From NCBI GenBank assembly GCA_963665115.1, contig OY762007.1:4288001-4352000 (forward strand): 64,000 nucleotides of DNA. Direction: 5' to 3'. This document shows, piece after piece, positions 10,325 to 20,957 of the stretch. This stretch comes from an uncultured Rivularia sp. (lineage in GTDB: Bacteria; Cyanobacteriota; Cyanobacteriia; Cyanobacteriales; Nostocaceae). A model generated the notes under the pieces. The model was not told the DNA's origin. It saw nothing but the letters and a program-made list of their open reading frames with translations, and did no database searches. Position numbers and translations under genes: made by a program. Position 1 is the first letter of the stretch. Each line of letters starts with the position of its first letter.

Positions 10325-10358
10325 AGTATTGCATTTCAAAATGAAATCAAGATGAAAT
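10325..10358 (-). promoter_or_regulatory. CopR-like box plus -10
   Basis: ATTTCATCTTGATTTCAT-N10-AATACT. Confidence 0.75.
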
Positions 10359-10443
10359 TACAACCCCTTCTCTATCCGTGGTAGCAACAAAAAGGCAATA
10401 GTATCTCTGTATAATTCCATCATGAGCATAAATTGGAGATTCC

Positions 10444-10683
10444 ATGCCACAGATTCCTCGCGATAAAAGTCTTGATAGTACGCTCGCACTGCTGTCGGAT
10501 GGCTACAACTTCATCTCAAAATGCTGCAAATGGATTACAATCGCAATTATGAAGGAGGCGCTAAAGTTGCTGAGTGCAATGCGCTATGATGTGCCAGAAC
10601 AGGATTTGCAGATTAACCTCTCAACAATGCCAGCTATCCCGAAAAGTCAGTTTTTGATTAATAATGTCAGGCAAATTGATTAA
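10444..10683 (+). pseudogene. CYP152-like cytochrome P450 collapsed by internal deletion
   Basis: N-terminus MPQIPRDKSLDSTLALLSDGYNFISK fused in frame to C-terminus WITIAIMK...YDVPEQDL...MPAIPKS. Confidence 0.7.
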
Positions 10684-10716
10684 ACAATTGTTTATGTAAA
10701 TAAATGTTGCTAGTAC

Positions 10717-10748
10717 TTGACTCTATACCTAACTAGAGAATTTAACAT
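10717..10748 (+). promoter_or_regulatory. MerR-type promoter/operator (20-bp spacer)
   Basis: TTGACT-CTATACCTAACTAGAGAATT-TAACAT. Confidence 0.7.
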
Positions 10749-10857
10749 TATTCTAGTTATACAAAATTTGTCAATGACGGCAAGTTTATTTAAGCAGCGT
10801 TTTTGAACATAACGAAGCAATAAAAAATATTTTGTACGATTTATATCTATCCATACT

Positions 10858-11121
10858 ATGAATCACCCAGAAACCAGAATTCCCGCAGAATTGGCACCAG
10901 AAGTCTTTGAGAAGGCATCTCGTCTCTATGCCCAACATCAATATGAGACTTATTCGTTGTCAGAATTGATAGAAGCTGGAACAGAGGCAAAAATCCCCCC
11001 AGAGTTTATCCATAAAGCTGTAGAGCAAATTCAAGCCCAGCAAATTCAGGCTCACCAACGCTCAGAAAACCTCAAAGATGCTGCTATTGCTAGTGTAATT
11101 GCCGTAACTTTATTTGGATGA
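10858..11121 (+). CDS. Hypothetical protein (possibly prematurely stopped; frame continues to 11199)
   Basis: EVFEKASRLYAQ...YSLSELIEAGTEAKIPPEFI then TM helix ending at TGA. Confidence 0.55.
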   Translation: MNHPETRIPAELAPEVFEKASRLYAQHQYETYSLSELIEAGTEAKIPPEFIHKAVEQIQAQQIQAHQRSENLKDAAIASVIAVTLFG

Positions 11122-11371
11122 ATGGCTTTCGGAAGTCCGTGTCATGCCACGACAAGCGAGGTAAATCAAGTTCCGAGCCAAACTACTCAACTCAAATAGT
11201 TTGAGAAAAAAACTACATTCGCAACCAATTTTCAAAAAAGCCAAGATGTTTTGGATTAGGCTGTTGACAAGAGGATTTAAGGCGTTGCTGAATTTAACTA
11301 TGAATTTAGATGTAGAGAGAGAGGCGTTCTAACCATTTAATCGAGCGTGCATTCAACAGCTTTATTTGGGG

Positions 11372-11501
11372 GATTGCTTCTGCTCAAACAGTTTGACAAG
11401 AGCGATCGCCCCAACAATCTTAAGGAAGCTAATGCGGTTTGCTTTCTTCGAGTTAGCTGCTGGATTATTGAATGATAATGTTGCTGTAGTTGATTGATGA
11501 G
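11372..11501 (-). pseudogene. coaR: Remnant of cobalt-sensing MerR regulator CoaR
   Basis: Minus strand LINQLQQHYHSIIQQLTRRKQTALASLRLLG/(shift)RDRSCQTV*AEAI resembles the CoaR coiled-coil; divergent from coaT. Confidence 0.65.
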
Positions 11502-11517
11502 CGTAACTGGCGATCTA

Positions 11518-11554
11518 TTTTCTTGACTTTAAGATCAATGTCAAGGTTTATGTT
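11518..11554 (+). promoter_or_regulatory. CoaR-type operator/promoter
   Basis: TTTTCTTGACTTT-N6-AATGTCAAGGTTT hyphenated dyad; TTGACT-20 bp-TATGTT. Confidence 0.75.
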
Positions 11555-11588
11555 AATGTTGATCGAGTCATCATATTTTCGTGCGTTA

Positions 11589-13520
11589 ATGGCTCAAAGA
11601 CATTTATCTAATTTATCGAACTTCTCTCTCAACCGAATAAAGGAATATTCAGACGCTTTAGCCGCTGTTGCCTGTGCAATTCTCATTGTCTTGGGTTGGT
11701 TATTTCTTCATTTAGGTTGGATTAGTATTGCTTTGTTAATTTTTCCAGCGGCTTACGTCATTGGTGGTTACGAAAGCACCAAAGAAGGGTTGACGACTTT
11801 ATTTAAGGAAAAAGAGTTAGATGTAGATTTACTAATGATTGTTGCTGCTTTGGGAGCAGCTATTTTAGGTTTATGGCAACGTGATTATTATTTGATTGTC
11901 GATGGAGGAATGCTGATTCTGATTTTTGCTGTCAGTGGTGCTTTAGAAAGCATAGCCATGCAGCGCACCGAGCGAAATATTCGTTCTCTGATGGCAACTG
12001 CACCGAATACAGCTATAGTCATCCAAGATGAACAAGAAATTGAAATTGAAATTGCTAAATTGCAGCTAGGAGATTTAGTACTAGTCAAGCCAGGAGAACT
12101 GATTCCTGTTGATGGGGTGATTTTAGATGGTTGGACGAGTGTTAACCAAGCATCAATTACTGGAGAGTCGATTCCTGTAGATAAAAATGTTGGAGATGAA
12201 GTCTTTGCTGGTACGCTCAACGGCAATGGAGCTTTGAAACTAAAAGTAGATCGATCGCCAGAAAACAATCTCATTCAACGAGTAATTCGGTTAGTAGAAA
12301 AAGCACAAACTGAAGCACCTCCATCCCAGCAGTTTATCGAAGGATTCGAGCGCAGCTATGCACGAATTATCGTGTTGGTGGGATTATTGTTAGCAATTTT
12401 ACCGCCATTTTTATTCGGTTGGGACTGGGAAACCACAATTTATCGAGCATTAATATTTTTAGTTGTAGCTTCTCCCTGCGCGTTAATGGCTGCAATTATG
12501 CCGACTCTACTATCAGGAATTGCTCGTGGTGCTAGGGCAGGAATTTTATTTAAGAATGGATCGCAGATAGAGAAAATCGGGAAAATAAAGGCGATCGCTT
12601 TTGATAAAACTGGTACTTTGACTACCGGAAAACTAGAGGTGGCAAAGATTGTTCCAGTAGTAGGGCAATCTGGCGATCGGGTTTTGGAGGTAGCTGCTGC
12701 CTTAGAATCGCGTTCGGAACATCCTATCGGTGAAGCAATTACCCAAGCTGCTTTACAGAAAAACCGAACATTGCAAAATGCTAGTCAAGTACAAGCAAAA
12801 ACGGGTTTGGGAATTGTTGGTGAAGTCGCAGGAAAAACAGTTATGGTAGGAAAAACTGCTTTTATTCGTCAAGAAATCCCCGATTTGAACCCCGAATTTA
12901 TTCAAGTAAATAATCGCCTAGAAAAACAAGGTAAAACTGTTGTCTGGGTGGTTGAATCTGCAAAAGTTATAGGCTTGATAGCTGTTGCTGACACTATTCG
13001 ATCGGAAGCAGCCGCTTCAATCAAGGAATTAAAAAAATTGGGTATCGAACAAATAGTTTTACTTACGGGAGACAATCAAGTTACAGCAAATAGTGTTGCT
13101 AAATCCCTGGGGATAGAAATAGTTTATGCCGAACTTCTGCCAGAAGATAAATTGACAGTTATTCGACAGCTACAGCAAAAATATAAGAATGTGGCAATGG
13201 TGGGAGATGGGATTAACGATGCTCCTGCACTTGCTATGGCAACAGTAGGTATAGCTATGGGTGGTGCTGGAAATGATGTCGCCTTAGAAACTGCCGATGT
13301 GATTTTGATGAGCGATCGCCTAGAAAAATTACATACGGCAATTAGCCTCGGTCGTCGTGCCAATCGTATTATCAAACAAAATATTACTTTTGCGCTTTCA
13401 TTTATTTTCCTATTACTTATAGCCAACTTTACAGGTAATATTAATATGCCTTTGGGGGTAATCGGACATGAAGGTTCTACAGTTTTGGTAATTTTAAGCG
13501 GTCTACGCTTGTTGCTGTAA
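11589..13520 (+). CDS. coaT: P1B-4 (Co/Zn) heavy-metal P-type ATPase, CoaT-like
   Basis: SPC, DKTGT, HP, GDGIND, HEGST; no N-terminal metal-binding domain; ATG 11589 lies downstream of the promoter. Confidence 0.8.
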   Translation: MAQRHLSNLSNFSLNRIKEYSDALAAVACAILIVLGWLFLHLGWISIALLIFPAAYVIGGYESTKEGLTTLFKEKELDVDLLMIVAALGAAILGLWQRDYYLIVDGGMLILIFAVSGALESIAMQRTERNIRSLMATAPNTAIVIQDEQEIEIEIAKLQLGDLVLVKPGELIPVDGVILDGWTSVNQASITGESIPVDKNVGDEVFAGTLNGNGALKLKVDRSPENNLIQRVIRLVEKAQTEAPPSQQFIEGFERSYARIIVLVGLLLAILPPFLFGWDWETTIYRALIFLVVASPCALMAAIMPTLLSGIARGARAGILFKNGSQIEKIGKIKAIAFDKTGTLTTGKLEVAKIVPVVGQSGDRVLEVAAALESRSEHPIGEAITQAALQKNRTLQNASQVQAKTGLGIVGEVAGKTVMVGKTAFIRQEIPDLNPEFIQVNNRLEKQGKTVVWVVESAKVIGLIAVADTIRSEAAASIKELKKLGIEQIVLLTGDNQVTANSVAKSLGIEIVYAELLPEDKLTVIRQLQQKYKNVAMVGDGINDAPALAMATVGIAMGGAGNDVALETADVILMSDRLEKLHTAISLGRRANRIIKQNITFALSFIFLLLIANFTGNINMPLGVIGHEGSTVLVILSGLRLLL

Positions 13521-13696
13521 GATATTAAAAAAGAATGCAAATATCTTATATTTATTGCAAAGCTTTTCAGTAATTACCTAATACTTCAAAAATGAAAGAT
13601 AAGTGAATAGAAAATGAAAAAACTATGATAATGCAAGTCATTTATGATCGGTTATACTAAGCAATCATATAGTTTATCTTTTACTTAACAAAATTT

Positions 13697-14248
13697 GTGG
13701 CAATCATTTTAATCGGATTAGGGTTAGCTGCCGATGCTTGTGCAGTTTCTCTTAGTAGTGGAATGATAATTAAACATATAAAACTTAGTAAAGCTTTAAA
13801 AATTGCTTTATCTTTTGGTATTTCTCAAGGCTTAATGCTTTTAATAGGCTTGTTAATTGGACTTAGTTTTAGAGAGTTGCTATCAAGAGTAGACCATTGG
13901 ATTGCTTTTGGCTTATTGAGTTTTCTTGGTGGCAAATTAATTTATGAATCCATGCACGTAGACACCAATCGTAAACCCTTTAATCCGCTAGAGTTTTACA
14001 CTCTTTTAGGATTGTCAATAGCTACTAGTATTGACGCATTAGCAGTAGGCATTAGCTTATCAGCGTTACAAATTCAGATTATTTCGGCAGCTATTTTAGT
14101 TGGCTTAATTACATTTAGTATATGTCTTATTTCTGTTTATGTTGGTCACAGTTTTGGCGATTTATTTAAAAATAGAATTGAAGTAATTGGTGGTTTAATC
14201 TTAATTTTTCTAGGTAGCAAGATTTTATTTGAGCATTTAAGTCAATAA
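13697..14248 (+). CDS. mntP: Manganese efflux pump MntP
   Basis: LAADA..VS, DHWIAFGLL, ATSIDALAVG. Confidence 0.88.
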   Translation: MAIILIGLGLAADACAVSLSSGMIIKHIKLSKALKIALSFGISQGLMLLIGLLIGLSFRELLSRVDHWIAFGLLSFLGGKLIYESMHVDTNRKPFNPLEFYTLLGLSIATSIDALAVGISLSALQIQIISAAILVGLITFSICLISVYVGHSFGDLFKNRIEVIGGLILIFLGSKILFEHLSQ

Positions 14249-14444
14249 ATTGTGTTTTTTATTCCTCAATTCAAAACCTGTTTTTTAGATGTCTACTCAA
14301 CAAATATTCAGTTGTCACTAGCACAACTAAACTTTTGATTCGTCATATAGCAATCCTAAATGATTTATAAGAAGTTTAAACACAATCTGGCGAATATAAT
14401 TTAACATTAAAAGCTCTAATGTTGTCTACGTATTTTCTCATGTC

Positions 14445-15080
14445 TCAGTTCGGATTGCTATATCGTAAAGCTGTAACAACCATCAGTCCCCAAATAAACC
14501 TAAAACGAACTTTAGCTGCACGGTGAATTTTGAAATCAGCAGATATCAATAACTGATGCAATTGTGCTTGGGTATAACATTGTTGATGAGCGGAATCGAA
14601 AATTTGTAAAACCCAGTCGCAAATTCTACAGATAAGATAATCTTTACTCCAGTCAAGAATCACTACCTTACCATTGGGTTTAAGCACTCGTTTAATTTCT
14701 GCTAATGCGACTTGAGGAAGATCAAAATAATGAAAAGCATTTGCACAAACAACTACATCAAAAGTATGACTGGCAAATGGTAGTGAATTAGCTGAGGTTT
14801 GATGAAATTCAACGTTAGAATAAACCCGATATTTTTTCCTGGCTATATCCAACATCTTTTCTGATATATCAACACCAGTAATTCTCTGCGTAGGATTTTT
14901 ACCAAGCAAAAGCCGCTCAAATTCACCAGTACCACAAGCAACATCTAAGATTGTAGATTGTGAGTCTATTTGCTCCCAGTTATAGAGGAAGGTAAGAGTA
15001 TTATTGATATATTTGCGCCAACGTAAATCGTAAATATCCGCAAGTTGCTCGTACTGAGCGCGAACCTTTATTTCACTCAT
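14445..15080 (-). CDS. Class I SAM-dependent methyltransferase
   Basis: ILDVACGTG, GVDISEKML, RVLKPNG; abuts ATPase stop. Confidence 0.85.
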   Translation of the reverse strand: MSEIKVRAQYEQLADIYDLRWRKYINNTLTFLYNWEQIDSQSTILDVACGTGEFERLLLGKNPTQRITGVDISEKMLDIARKKYRVYSNVEFHQTSANSLPFASHTFDVVVCANAFHYFDLPQVALAEIKRVLKPNGKVVILDWSKDYLICRICDWVLQIFDSAHQQCYTQAQLHQLLISADFKIHRAAKVRFRFIWGLMVVTALRYSNPN

Positions 15081-17009
15081 TTAATTAACTCTCAAAACCC
15101 TACCTGCATTCAAAATAGCCAACAACGCTACACCGACATCTGCAAATACTGCTTCCCATAAGGTTGCAACACCAAATATTCCCAAGACAATAAATAAACC
15201 CTTAACTCCCATAGCCAGAATAATATTCTGCCAGACAATTTTATGGGTTTTTTTACCAACTTGAATTGCTTCAGCTATCTTAGAAGGAGCATCCGTCATC
15301 AGCACCACATCCGCTGTCTCAATTGCTGCATCCGAACCCAACGCTCCCATAGCCATACCCACGTCAGCCCTAGCAATTACAGGTGCGTCGTTAATTCCAT
15401 CACCGACAAACACAACTTTCTTGTTTTTAGCAGCTTTACCTAAATATCTTTCAATTGCCTCTACTTTATCTTCAGGCAGTAACTCTGCTTCAAAATCATC
15501 TAAATTTAACTGCTGTGCAATACTTTGAGCAACAGCTTGATTATCTCCAGTAAGCATGACAATCTGCTCAACACCAACGCTTCTCAACTTCCGAATCGCT
15601 TCAACTGCATCGTCTTTAAGTTCATCAGCAATAATAATTCTTCCTGCATAAACCCCGTCTACTGCCAAATGAACCACTGTTCCCTCCACCGAGCATACAT
15701 CATGTTCGATATTCTCTCGATGCAGCAAACGGTCGTTACCTGCGATCGCGATTTGATTCCCTACTCTGGCTTGAATACCATGTCCAGGAATTTCCTGATA
15801 ATCTTCTACATCAAAAGTATCAACAGATTCACCGTATGCTGTTAAAATTGATTTTGCTACTGGATGGTTCGATTGAGATTCTATTTTTGCTGCTAATTGT
15901 AATAATTCTGCTTCACTAAAGCCGTTTTTAGTAACTATTTGAGTAACCTTAAAAACCCCTTGCGTCAAAGTTCCGGTTTTATCAAACACAACGGTTTCAA
16001 CTTCTGTCAGGGTATCGAGAAACGTCGAACCTTTAACTAAAATACCTCTTTTTGCGGCACCTCCAACACCGCCGAAATAGCCTAAAGGAATGCTAATTAC
16101 TAAGCCGCAAGGACAAGAAATTACTAATAAAACTAAAGCACGATAAACCCATTGTTCTGATGTTTCACCCGGTATAATTAATGGCGGAAGTATTGCCACT
16201 GCTAAGGATAAGAAAACGACAACAGGAGTGTAATACCGAGCAAAACGGGTAATAAATTTCTCTGTAGCGGCTTTTTTACTGCTAGCGTTTTCTACTAAAT
16301 GAAGAATTTTGGCAATCGAAGACTCTTCAAATAACTTGGTAACTCGAACGGTTAAAACGCCCGATTTATTTATCATTCCCGCTAAAACAGTTTCTCCAGG
16401 TTTTACTGTTCGCGGTACCGATTCTCCCGTTAATGCCGAAGTATCTACTTGAGAAGCACCCTCATTAATTTCACCGTCTAAAGGGATTTTCTCACCCGGC
16501 TTGACGATAATTACATCCCCAACTTGCACGCTCTCGGGGGAAACCTGTTTTATTTCACCATTAACCTTGAGATTAGCTGAATTTGGACGTACTTCTAACA
16601 AAGATTTTATCGACCTACGAGAGCGACTTACTGAAAAATCCTGAAATAATTCCCCAACTTGGAAAAACAGCATCACCGCTACAGCTTCAGGAATTTCGTG
16701 AATGGCGATCGCACCTAATGTGGCTATTGTCATCAGGAAGTTTTCATCAAATATTTTACCTCGCAAAATATTACGTCCGGCTGTAGTCAAAACGCTCCAA
16801 CCGCTGATGAGATAAGCAGGGACAAAAACCAAATATTCACCTAGAGAAAAAGGAGTGTTGTGCAAAGGTTCATAGAAAATCAAACCCATGACAAACAAAA
16901 TTATCGACACCCCAACAGGTATAGCTTCACGCTTCAAGCTGAATTCTCCACCATGACTATGCCCGTGGTCATTTCCACAACAACCAGAATCCGTTGACTG
17001 TGATACCAT
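15081..17009 (-). CDS. cadA: P1B-2 Zn/Cd/Pb P-type ATPase (CadA/ZiaA-like)
   Basis: N-terminal CC/His tract, [25 protein letters not shown]. Confidence 0.88.
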   Translation of the reverse strand: MVSQSTDSGCCGNDHGHSHGGEFSLKREAIPVGVSIILFVMGLIFYEPLHNTPFSLGEYLVFVPAYLISGWSVLTTAGRNILRGKIFDENFLMTIATLGAIAIHEIPEAVAVMLFFQVGELFQDFSVSRSRRSIKSLLEVRPNSANLKVNGEIKQVSPESVQVGDVIIVKPGEKIPLDGEINEGASQVDTSALTGESVPRTVKPGETVLAGMINKSGVLTVRVTKLFEESSIAKILHLVENASSKKAATEKFITRFARYYTPVVVFLSLAVAILPPLIIPGETSEQWVYRALVLLVISCPCGLVISIPLGYFGGVGGAAKRGILVKGSTFLDTLTEVETVVFDKTGTLTQGVFKVTQIVTKNGFSEAELLQLAAKIESQSNHPVAKSILTAYGESVDTFDVEDYQEIPGHGIQARVGNQIAIAGNDRLLHRENIEHDVCSVEGTVVHLAVDGVYAGRIIIADELKDDAVEAIRKLRSVGVEQIVMLTGDNQAVAQSIAQQLNLDDFEAELLPEDKVEAIERYLGKAAKNKKVVFVGDGINDAPVIARADVGMAMGALGSDAAIETADVVLMTDAPSKIAEAIQVGKKTHKIVWQNIILAMGVKGLFIVLGIFGVATLWEAVFADVGVALLAILNAGRVLRVN

Positions 17010-17041
17010 TATTTACCGCTCCGATATATGAACGTTTTTAC

Positions 17042-17061
17042 ATCTGAATAGTTGTTCATAT
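17042..17061. promoter_or_regulatory. SmtB/ZiaR-type operator
   Basis: ATCTGAATAGTTGTTCATAT dyad upstream of ATPase. Confidence 0.7.
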
Positions 17062-17109
17062 ATTATCAAAGGTTAGGCTATTTATACAAGGTTTAATGAT
17101 TAATTTTAA

Positions 17110-17505
17110 TTAAACTTCTGGTTCATCAATGTGTTTCGCAACTTCGCGGTAGATATTTGTGACATGGCTATCTTTCAAACTGTAATAGACGTTGCGTCCT
17201 TCGCGGCGGTATTTAACTAAACGCATAGTACGCAGGATTCGCAGTTGGTGAGAGACAGCGGATTCACTCATCTTGACAGATGCGGCTAAATCGCAAACGC
17301 ACAACTCTTGTTTTGCTAAAGCCGAAAGCAAACGCAAACGATGTGGATCTGCGAGGGTTCCGAAGAAATCAGCCATCTGCTGTGCTTTTTCTGTGGGTAT
17401 AATTTCTGGCTGTACCTCGCGGACATTATCTAGATGAATTTCACTCGAATCACAACTGGGTGAATCAAGATTTGATAGTTGCTCTTTTGGTTTTGATTTA
17501 GTCAT
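17110..17505 (-). CDS. ArsR/SmtB-family Zn/Cd repressor (SmtB/ZiaR-like)
   Basis: ELCVCDLA, SESAVSHQLR, alpha5 D-x-H...H-x-x-E. Confidence 0.88.
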   Translation of the reverse strand: MTKSKPKEQLSNLDSPSCDSSEIHLDNVREVQPEIIPTEKAQQMADFFGTLADPHRLRLLSALAKQELCVCDLAASVKMSESAVSHQLRILRTMRLVKYRREGRNVYYSLKDSHVTNIYREVAKHIDEPEV

Positions 17506-17603
17506 GGGAGTTGCATCTACAACAGACAGAGCCTATTTCTTCGCTGTTTTGGAAGACAACTTTAAGAAGAAATAGTGATACTGATTATCATTGTAGCCAA
17601 GTT

Positions 17604-17617
17604 TGAACAATTGTTCA
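17604..17617. promoter_or_regulatory. SmtB-type autoregulatory operator
   Basis: Perfect palindrome TGAACAATTGTTCA upstream of repressor. Confidence 0.6.
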
Positions 17618-17727
17618 TTTGTCTGAGTTAGCAGCAACTACATCAATTAATAAAAATTAAATTAAAGCGAGGTAGGATTTCAGTCAAAGTCCCTCGCTTG
17701 TAAATGGAATCGTAAAAAAACTAAGAT

Positions 17728-19017
17728 TCAGGAGCTAATTCCTAACAACTTTCCCTCAAAAGCTTGACCTTTGAGCATTCTATTCCAGTAGATATAGGGA
17801 AAGCCATATTTTTTTAGCAGCCACATAATATATCGTTCCTTAGTTGGATCTATTGGAAATGTGGGGCAAAGCTCGTTGTCATAACCAAATTCGGCAAGTA
17901 CGACTTTGCCGTATCCCGTAGTTATTGGACAGCAAGTATAGCCAAAGTATTCTTGAGCGAGATTTTTTGAGTTCATTAAAGCCAGCAAGTTATGAACAAC
18001 AACTGGCGCTTGTTTTCTTACAGCAGCAGCAGTTTTTGATGTCGGGAGACTCGCCGCGTCACCCAAGCTAAAAACGTTGGGGTAAATATTGTGCTGTAGC
18101 GTGTATTTGTTTACATCAACCCAGCCTTGTGTGGCTCCGTCAAATACGGCTAATTTGCTTTGTTTGATAAAGTCAGGTGCGCTCATGGGTGGCGTAACGT
18201 GAAGTAAGTCGTATTGGATAGCTATCTCAGAAACACCTGAGCCTGTTGATACATCAAAAATCGCTGTTTTGGTATCAGCTTGAATTTCTTTGAGATTGTG
18301 TTTATATGCCACATCTATCTGTTTGCGCTCTACTACACAAAGCAGTGTTTGTGCGAATTCTTTTACAGGAAAAATTGCTCCTTTCGCCGTACAAAACATG
18401 ACTTTTGACTGATTGCGAACTCCTTGTTTTCTAAAGGCATCATCAGCCAAATACATAATCTTTAATGGTGCCCCTCCACATTTAACCGGAGTGCTAGGGT
18501 AGGTGAATATAGCGTTACCGCCTTTGAAATTTTTAATAGCTTCCCAAGTATAAGGCGCGTATTCGTAAGCATAATTACTGCAAACGCCATTTTGCCCAAT
18601 TGCTTCTTTAAGACCTTTAATTAAATGCCAGTCAATTTGAATACCCGGAGCTAAAATCAGATATTCATAGCAAATACGTTTTCCCTCTTTAGTAATAACT
18701 GTATTGTTGTCTGGGTCTAAATGAGCTACAGAGTATTTAAGCCAAGTAGCACCATCAGGGATGTAGTCTTTTTCGTCTTTAACTGTATCCTCAGCTTTGT
18801 AAACGCCACCACCAACTAGTGTCCAAGCGGGTTGGTAGTAATGTTTCTCTCTGGGTTCAATAATGGCAATATCAAGCTGCTTGTTTGTTTTCAGTAGTTG
18901 TGCGGCGACTGTAATACCTGCGGCTCCACCTCCGACAACTACAACTTGGTGCTGTACCCTAGCTGTATCAGTTGAAATAGCTGATTCGCTATCTACGGGC
19001 TTAACTTGTGTAGACAT
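17728..19017 (-). CDS. sqr: Sulfide:quinone oxidoreductase-like FAD oxidoreductase
   Basis: GGGAAG, YQPAWTLVGGG, KCGGAP, GYTCCP, LAEFGY; likely start MSTQVK. Confidence 0.82.
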   Translation of the reverse strand: MSTQVKPVDSESAISTDTARVQHQVVVVGGGAAGITVAAQLLKTNKQLDIAIIEPREKHYYQPAWTLVGGGVYKAEDTVKDEKDYIPDGATWLKYSVAHLDPDNNTVITKEGKRICYEYLILAPGIQIDWHLIKGLKEAIGQNGVCSNYAYEYAPYTWEAIKNFKGGNAIFTYPSTPVKCGGAPLKIMYLADDAFRKQGVRNQSKVMFCTAKGAIFPVKEFAQTLLCVVERKQIDVAYKHNLKEIQADTKTAIFDVSTGSGVSEIAIQYDLLHVTPPMSAPDFIKQSKLAVFDGATQGWVDVNKYTLQHNIYPNVFSLGDAASLPTSKTAAAVRKQAPVVVHNLLALMNSKNLAQEYFGYTCCPITTGYGKVVLAEFGYDNELCPTFPIDPTKERYIMWLLKKYGFPYIYWNRMLKGQAFEGKLLGISS

Positions 19018-19066
19018 GATACTTTTCTCACCCTTGAAGCTATAAATGAAATATTGAGCCGAACAT

Positions 19067-19831
19067 TTAACTAGAGGAAGCGAGGTTTCCACAACGCCGG
19101 TTAGCGGGAACAGCTTCCATAATCTTTTCAGGCTGCGGTAAATCTAGATTGTCCATCAACTCAATAAAACCTGCACGGTCACGTAGACAGGAAATGTCTT
19201 CCGTAGCAGGCTCAGGAGATTCATCTACAAATCGGGGGTTCCATCGCTTCTCTTCTCCAATTGTAGAAACTGTACGACCTTGATAATCATGAGCGGGATA
19301 CACTTGAGTGTTATCTGGTAAACTAAATAGCCGTTGTGTTACCGAATCATACAGAGTTCCCGCATCACCATCTTGAAAGTCTGTTCGTCCACAACCTCGA
19401 ATGAATAAAGCATCTCCGGTAAGAACCTTAAGCTGTTTTCGGGAAGTCTCATCGCTAACACCATGAACTAAGTAAGCCATATGGCTACCAGTGTGACCTG
19501 GTGTGGCGATCGCCTCGATAGAAATACTTCCTATATGCAGCATTTCTCCATCTCGAATAAATTGATTAGCGCAATCAGTCGGAGTCTTTTGTGGTAGCAC
19601 TCCCCGACAACCAGTCAACTCCCGCAGTTTTGCAGTTCCTGTAATGTGGTCTGCGTGGATATGGGTTTCCAGACAATATCGCAGTGTAAAGCCAAGTTCT
19701 TTGAGAAGATTGCGATCGCGTTCAACTTGTTCTAACACTGGATCGACCAGAACTGCTTCTTTTGTATTTGGGTCGGCAATTAAGTATGTATATGTACAGG
19801 ATTCGCGGTCAAACAATTGTCGAAAAAACAT
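19067..19831 (-). CDS. Persulfide dioxygenase (ETHE1-like MBL fold)
   Basis: FRQLFD..S.TYTYL, THIHADH, GCGRTDFQ, YPAHDY. Confidence 0.88.
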   Translation of the reverse strand: MFFRQLFDRESCTYTYLIADPNTKEAVLVDPVLEQVERDRNLLKELGFTLRYCLETHIHADHITGTAKLRELTGCRGVLPQKTPTDCANQFIRDGEMLHIGSISIEAIATPGHTGSHMAYLVHGVSDETSRKQLKVLTGDALFIRGCGRTDFQDGDAGTLYDSVTQRLFSLPDNTQVYPAHDYQGRTVSTIGEEKRWNPRFVDESPEPATEDISCLRDRAGFIELMDNLDLPQPEKIMEAVPANRRCGNLASSS

Positions 19832-19857
19832 CTTTCGCTCTCCTAATTAAAATTATT
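19770..19857. repeat. 88-bp perfect direct repeat, copy A
   Basis: Identical to 22008-22095. Confidence 0.9.
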
Positions 19858-20824
19858 TTCTTTGGATCTGCGCTTCATCTATCTTTGGATTCAAATCTTG
19901 GAATAGTGGTGTACTCAAATACCTCTCTCCAAAACTTGGTTGTACCATCACAATTAAATTTCCTTTGTTTTCTGGGCGTTGGGCTACGCGAATCGCAGCA
20001 CATAAAGCCGCTCCGCTAGATATACCGGATAGTAACCCTTCTTGTCTTACTAACAACCTGCCATAATGAATTGCTTCTTCATGAGTAATAGTGATTACTT
20101 CATCGATTAATTTTACATTTAAGACTTGAGGAATAAACCCCGCACCAATTCCTTGTATTTTATGCGAGCCAGGACTACCACCTGACAATATCTGACTGCT
20201 GGCTGGTTCAACAGCAATCGCTTGAAAGCCGGGTTTACGGGCTTTTATGACTTCTGCTATACCTGTAATTGTTCCGCCAGTTCCTACACCTGCGACAATT
20301 GCATCCACCTTTCCATCTGTATCCTGCCAGATTTCTTCGGCAGTTGTTTCCCTGTGTATTTTTGGGTTTGCTGGGTTACGAAACTGTTGCAGCATAAATG
20401 CATTAGCTGTTGTGTCTACTATTTGTTGCGCCTGTTGAATTGCTCCAGTCATCCCTTTTATTCCCGGTGTCAGTTCGAGTTTGGCTCCATAGGCTTTCAA
20501 CATTGCCTTTCTTTCCGCACTCATGGTTTCTGGCATGGTTAAAATTAATTCATATCCCCTCGCTGCTGCGACCATTGCTAAAGCAATACCAGTATTTCCA
20601 GATGTAGGTTCTACCAATACCGTTTTACCAGGAGAAATCAAACCTTCAGCTTCAGCAGCGTTAATCATACTCACACCAATACGGTCTTTGACTGATGCTG
20701 CTGGATTCATGCTTTCTAATTTCACGACAATATTCGCCACGCATCCTTCTGCTTGCGGAACGCGGTTTAGTTGCACTAAGGGAGTACGACCAATTAATTC
20801 TGTAATATTAGGAGCAATATGCAT
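19853..20824 (-). CDS. cysK: Cysteine synthase A
   Basis: [29 protein letters not shown]; start MHIAPNI. Confidence 0.93.
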   Translation of the reverse strand: MHIAPNITELIGRTPLVQLNRVPQAEGCVANIVVKLESMNPAASVKDRIGVSMINAAEAEGLISPGKTVLVEPTSGNTGIALAMVAAARGYELILTMPETMSAERKAMLKAYGAKLELTPGIKGMTGAIQQAQQIVDTTANAFMLQQFRNPANPKIHRETTAEEIWQDTDGKVDAIVAGVGTGGTITGIAEVIKARKPGFQAIAVEPASSQILSGGSPGSHKIQGIGAGFIPQVLNVKLIDEVITITHEEAIHYGRLLVRQEGLLSGISSGAALCAAIRVAQRPENKGNLIVMVQPSFGERYLSTPLFQDLNPKIDEAQIQRK

Positions 20825-20957
20825 TTTTCTTGTTACCTCCTCTACTTGCATGACTAAATGCTTACACGAGAATTGTGCGCTTATAGGATTTAGGACAAAC
20901 CAATCTTTGAAAGATACGCTAATTTTTATTCCTTTGATAGATGTGTTTAGCGTGTAT

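Noticed and set aside
11490..11588. N-terminal extensions in the ORF track (coaT, cysK, sqr, kinase, res, copZ)
   Set aside because: They overlap promoters or upstream genes; internal starts match family N-termini
13520..13696. yybP-ykoY riboswitch upstream of mntP
   Set aside because: Expected from the family, but no matching conserved motif or stems seen in this AT-rich gap
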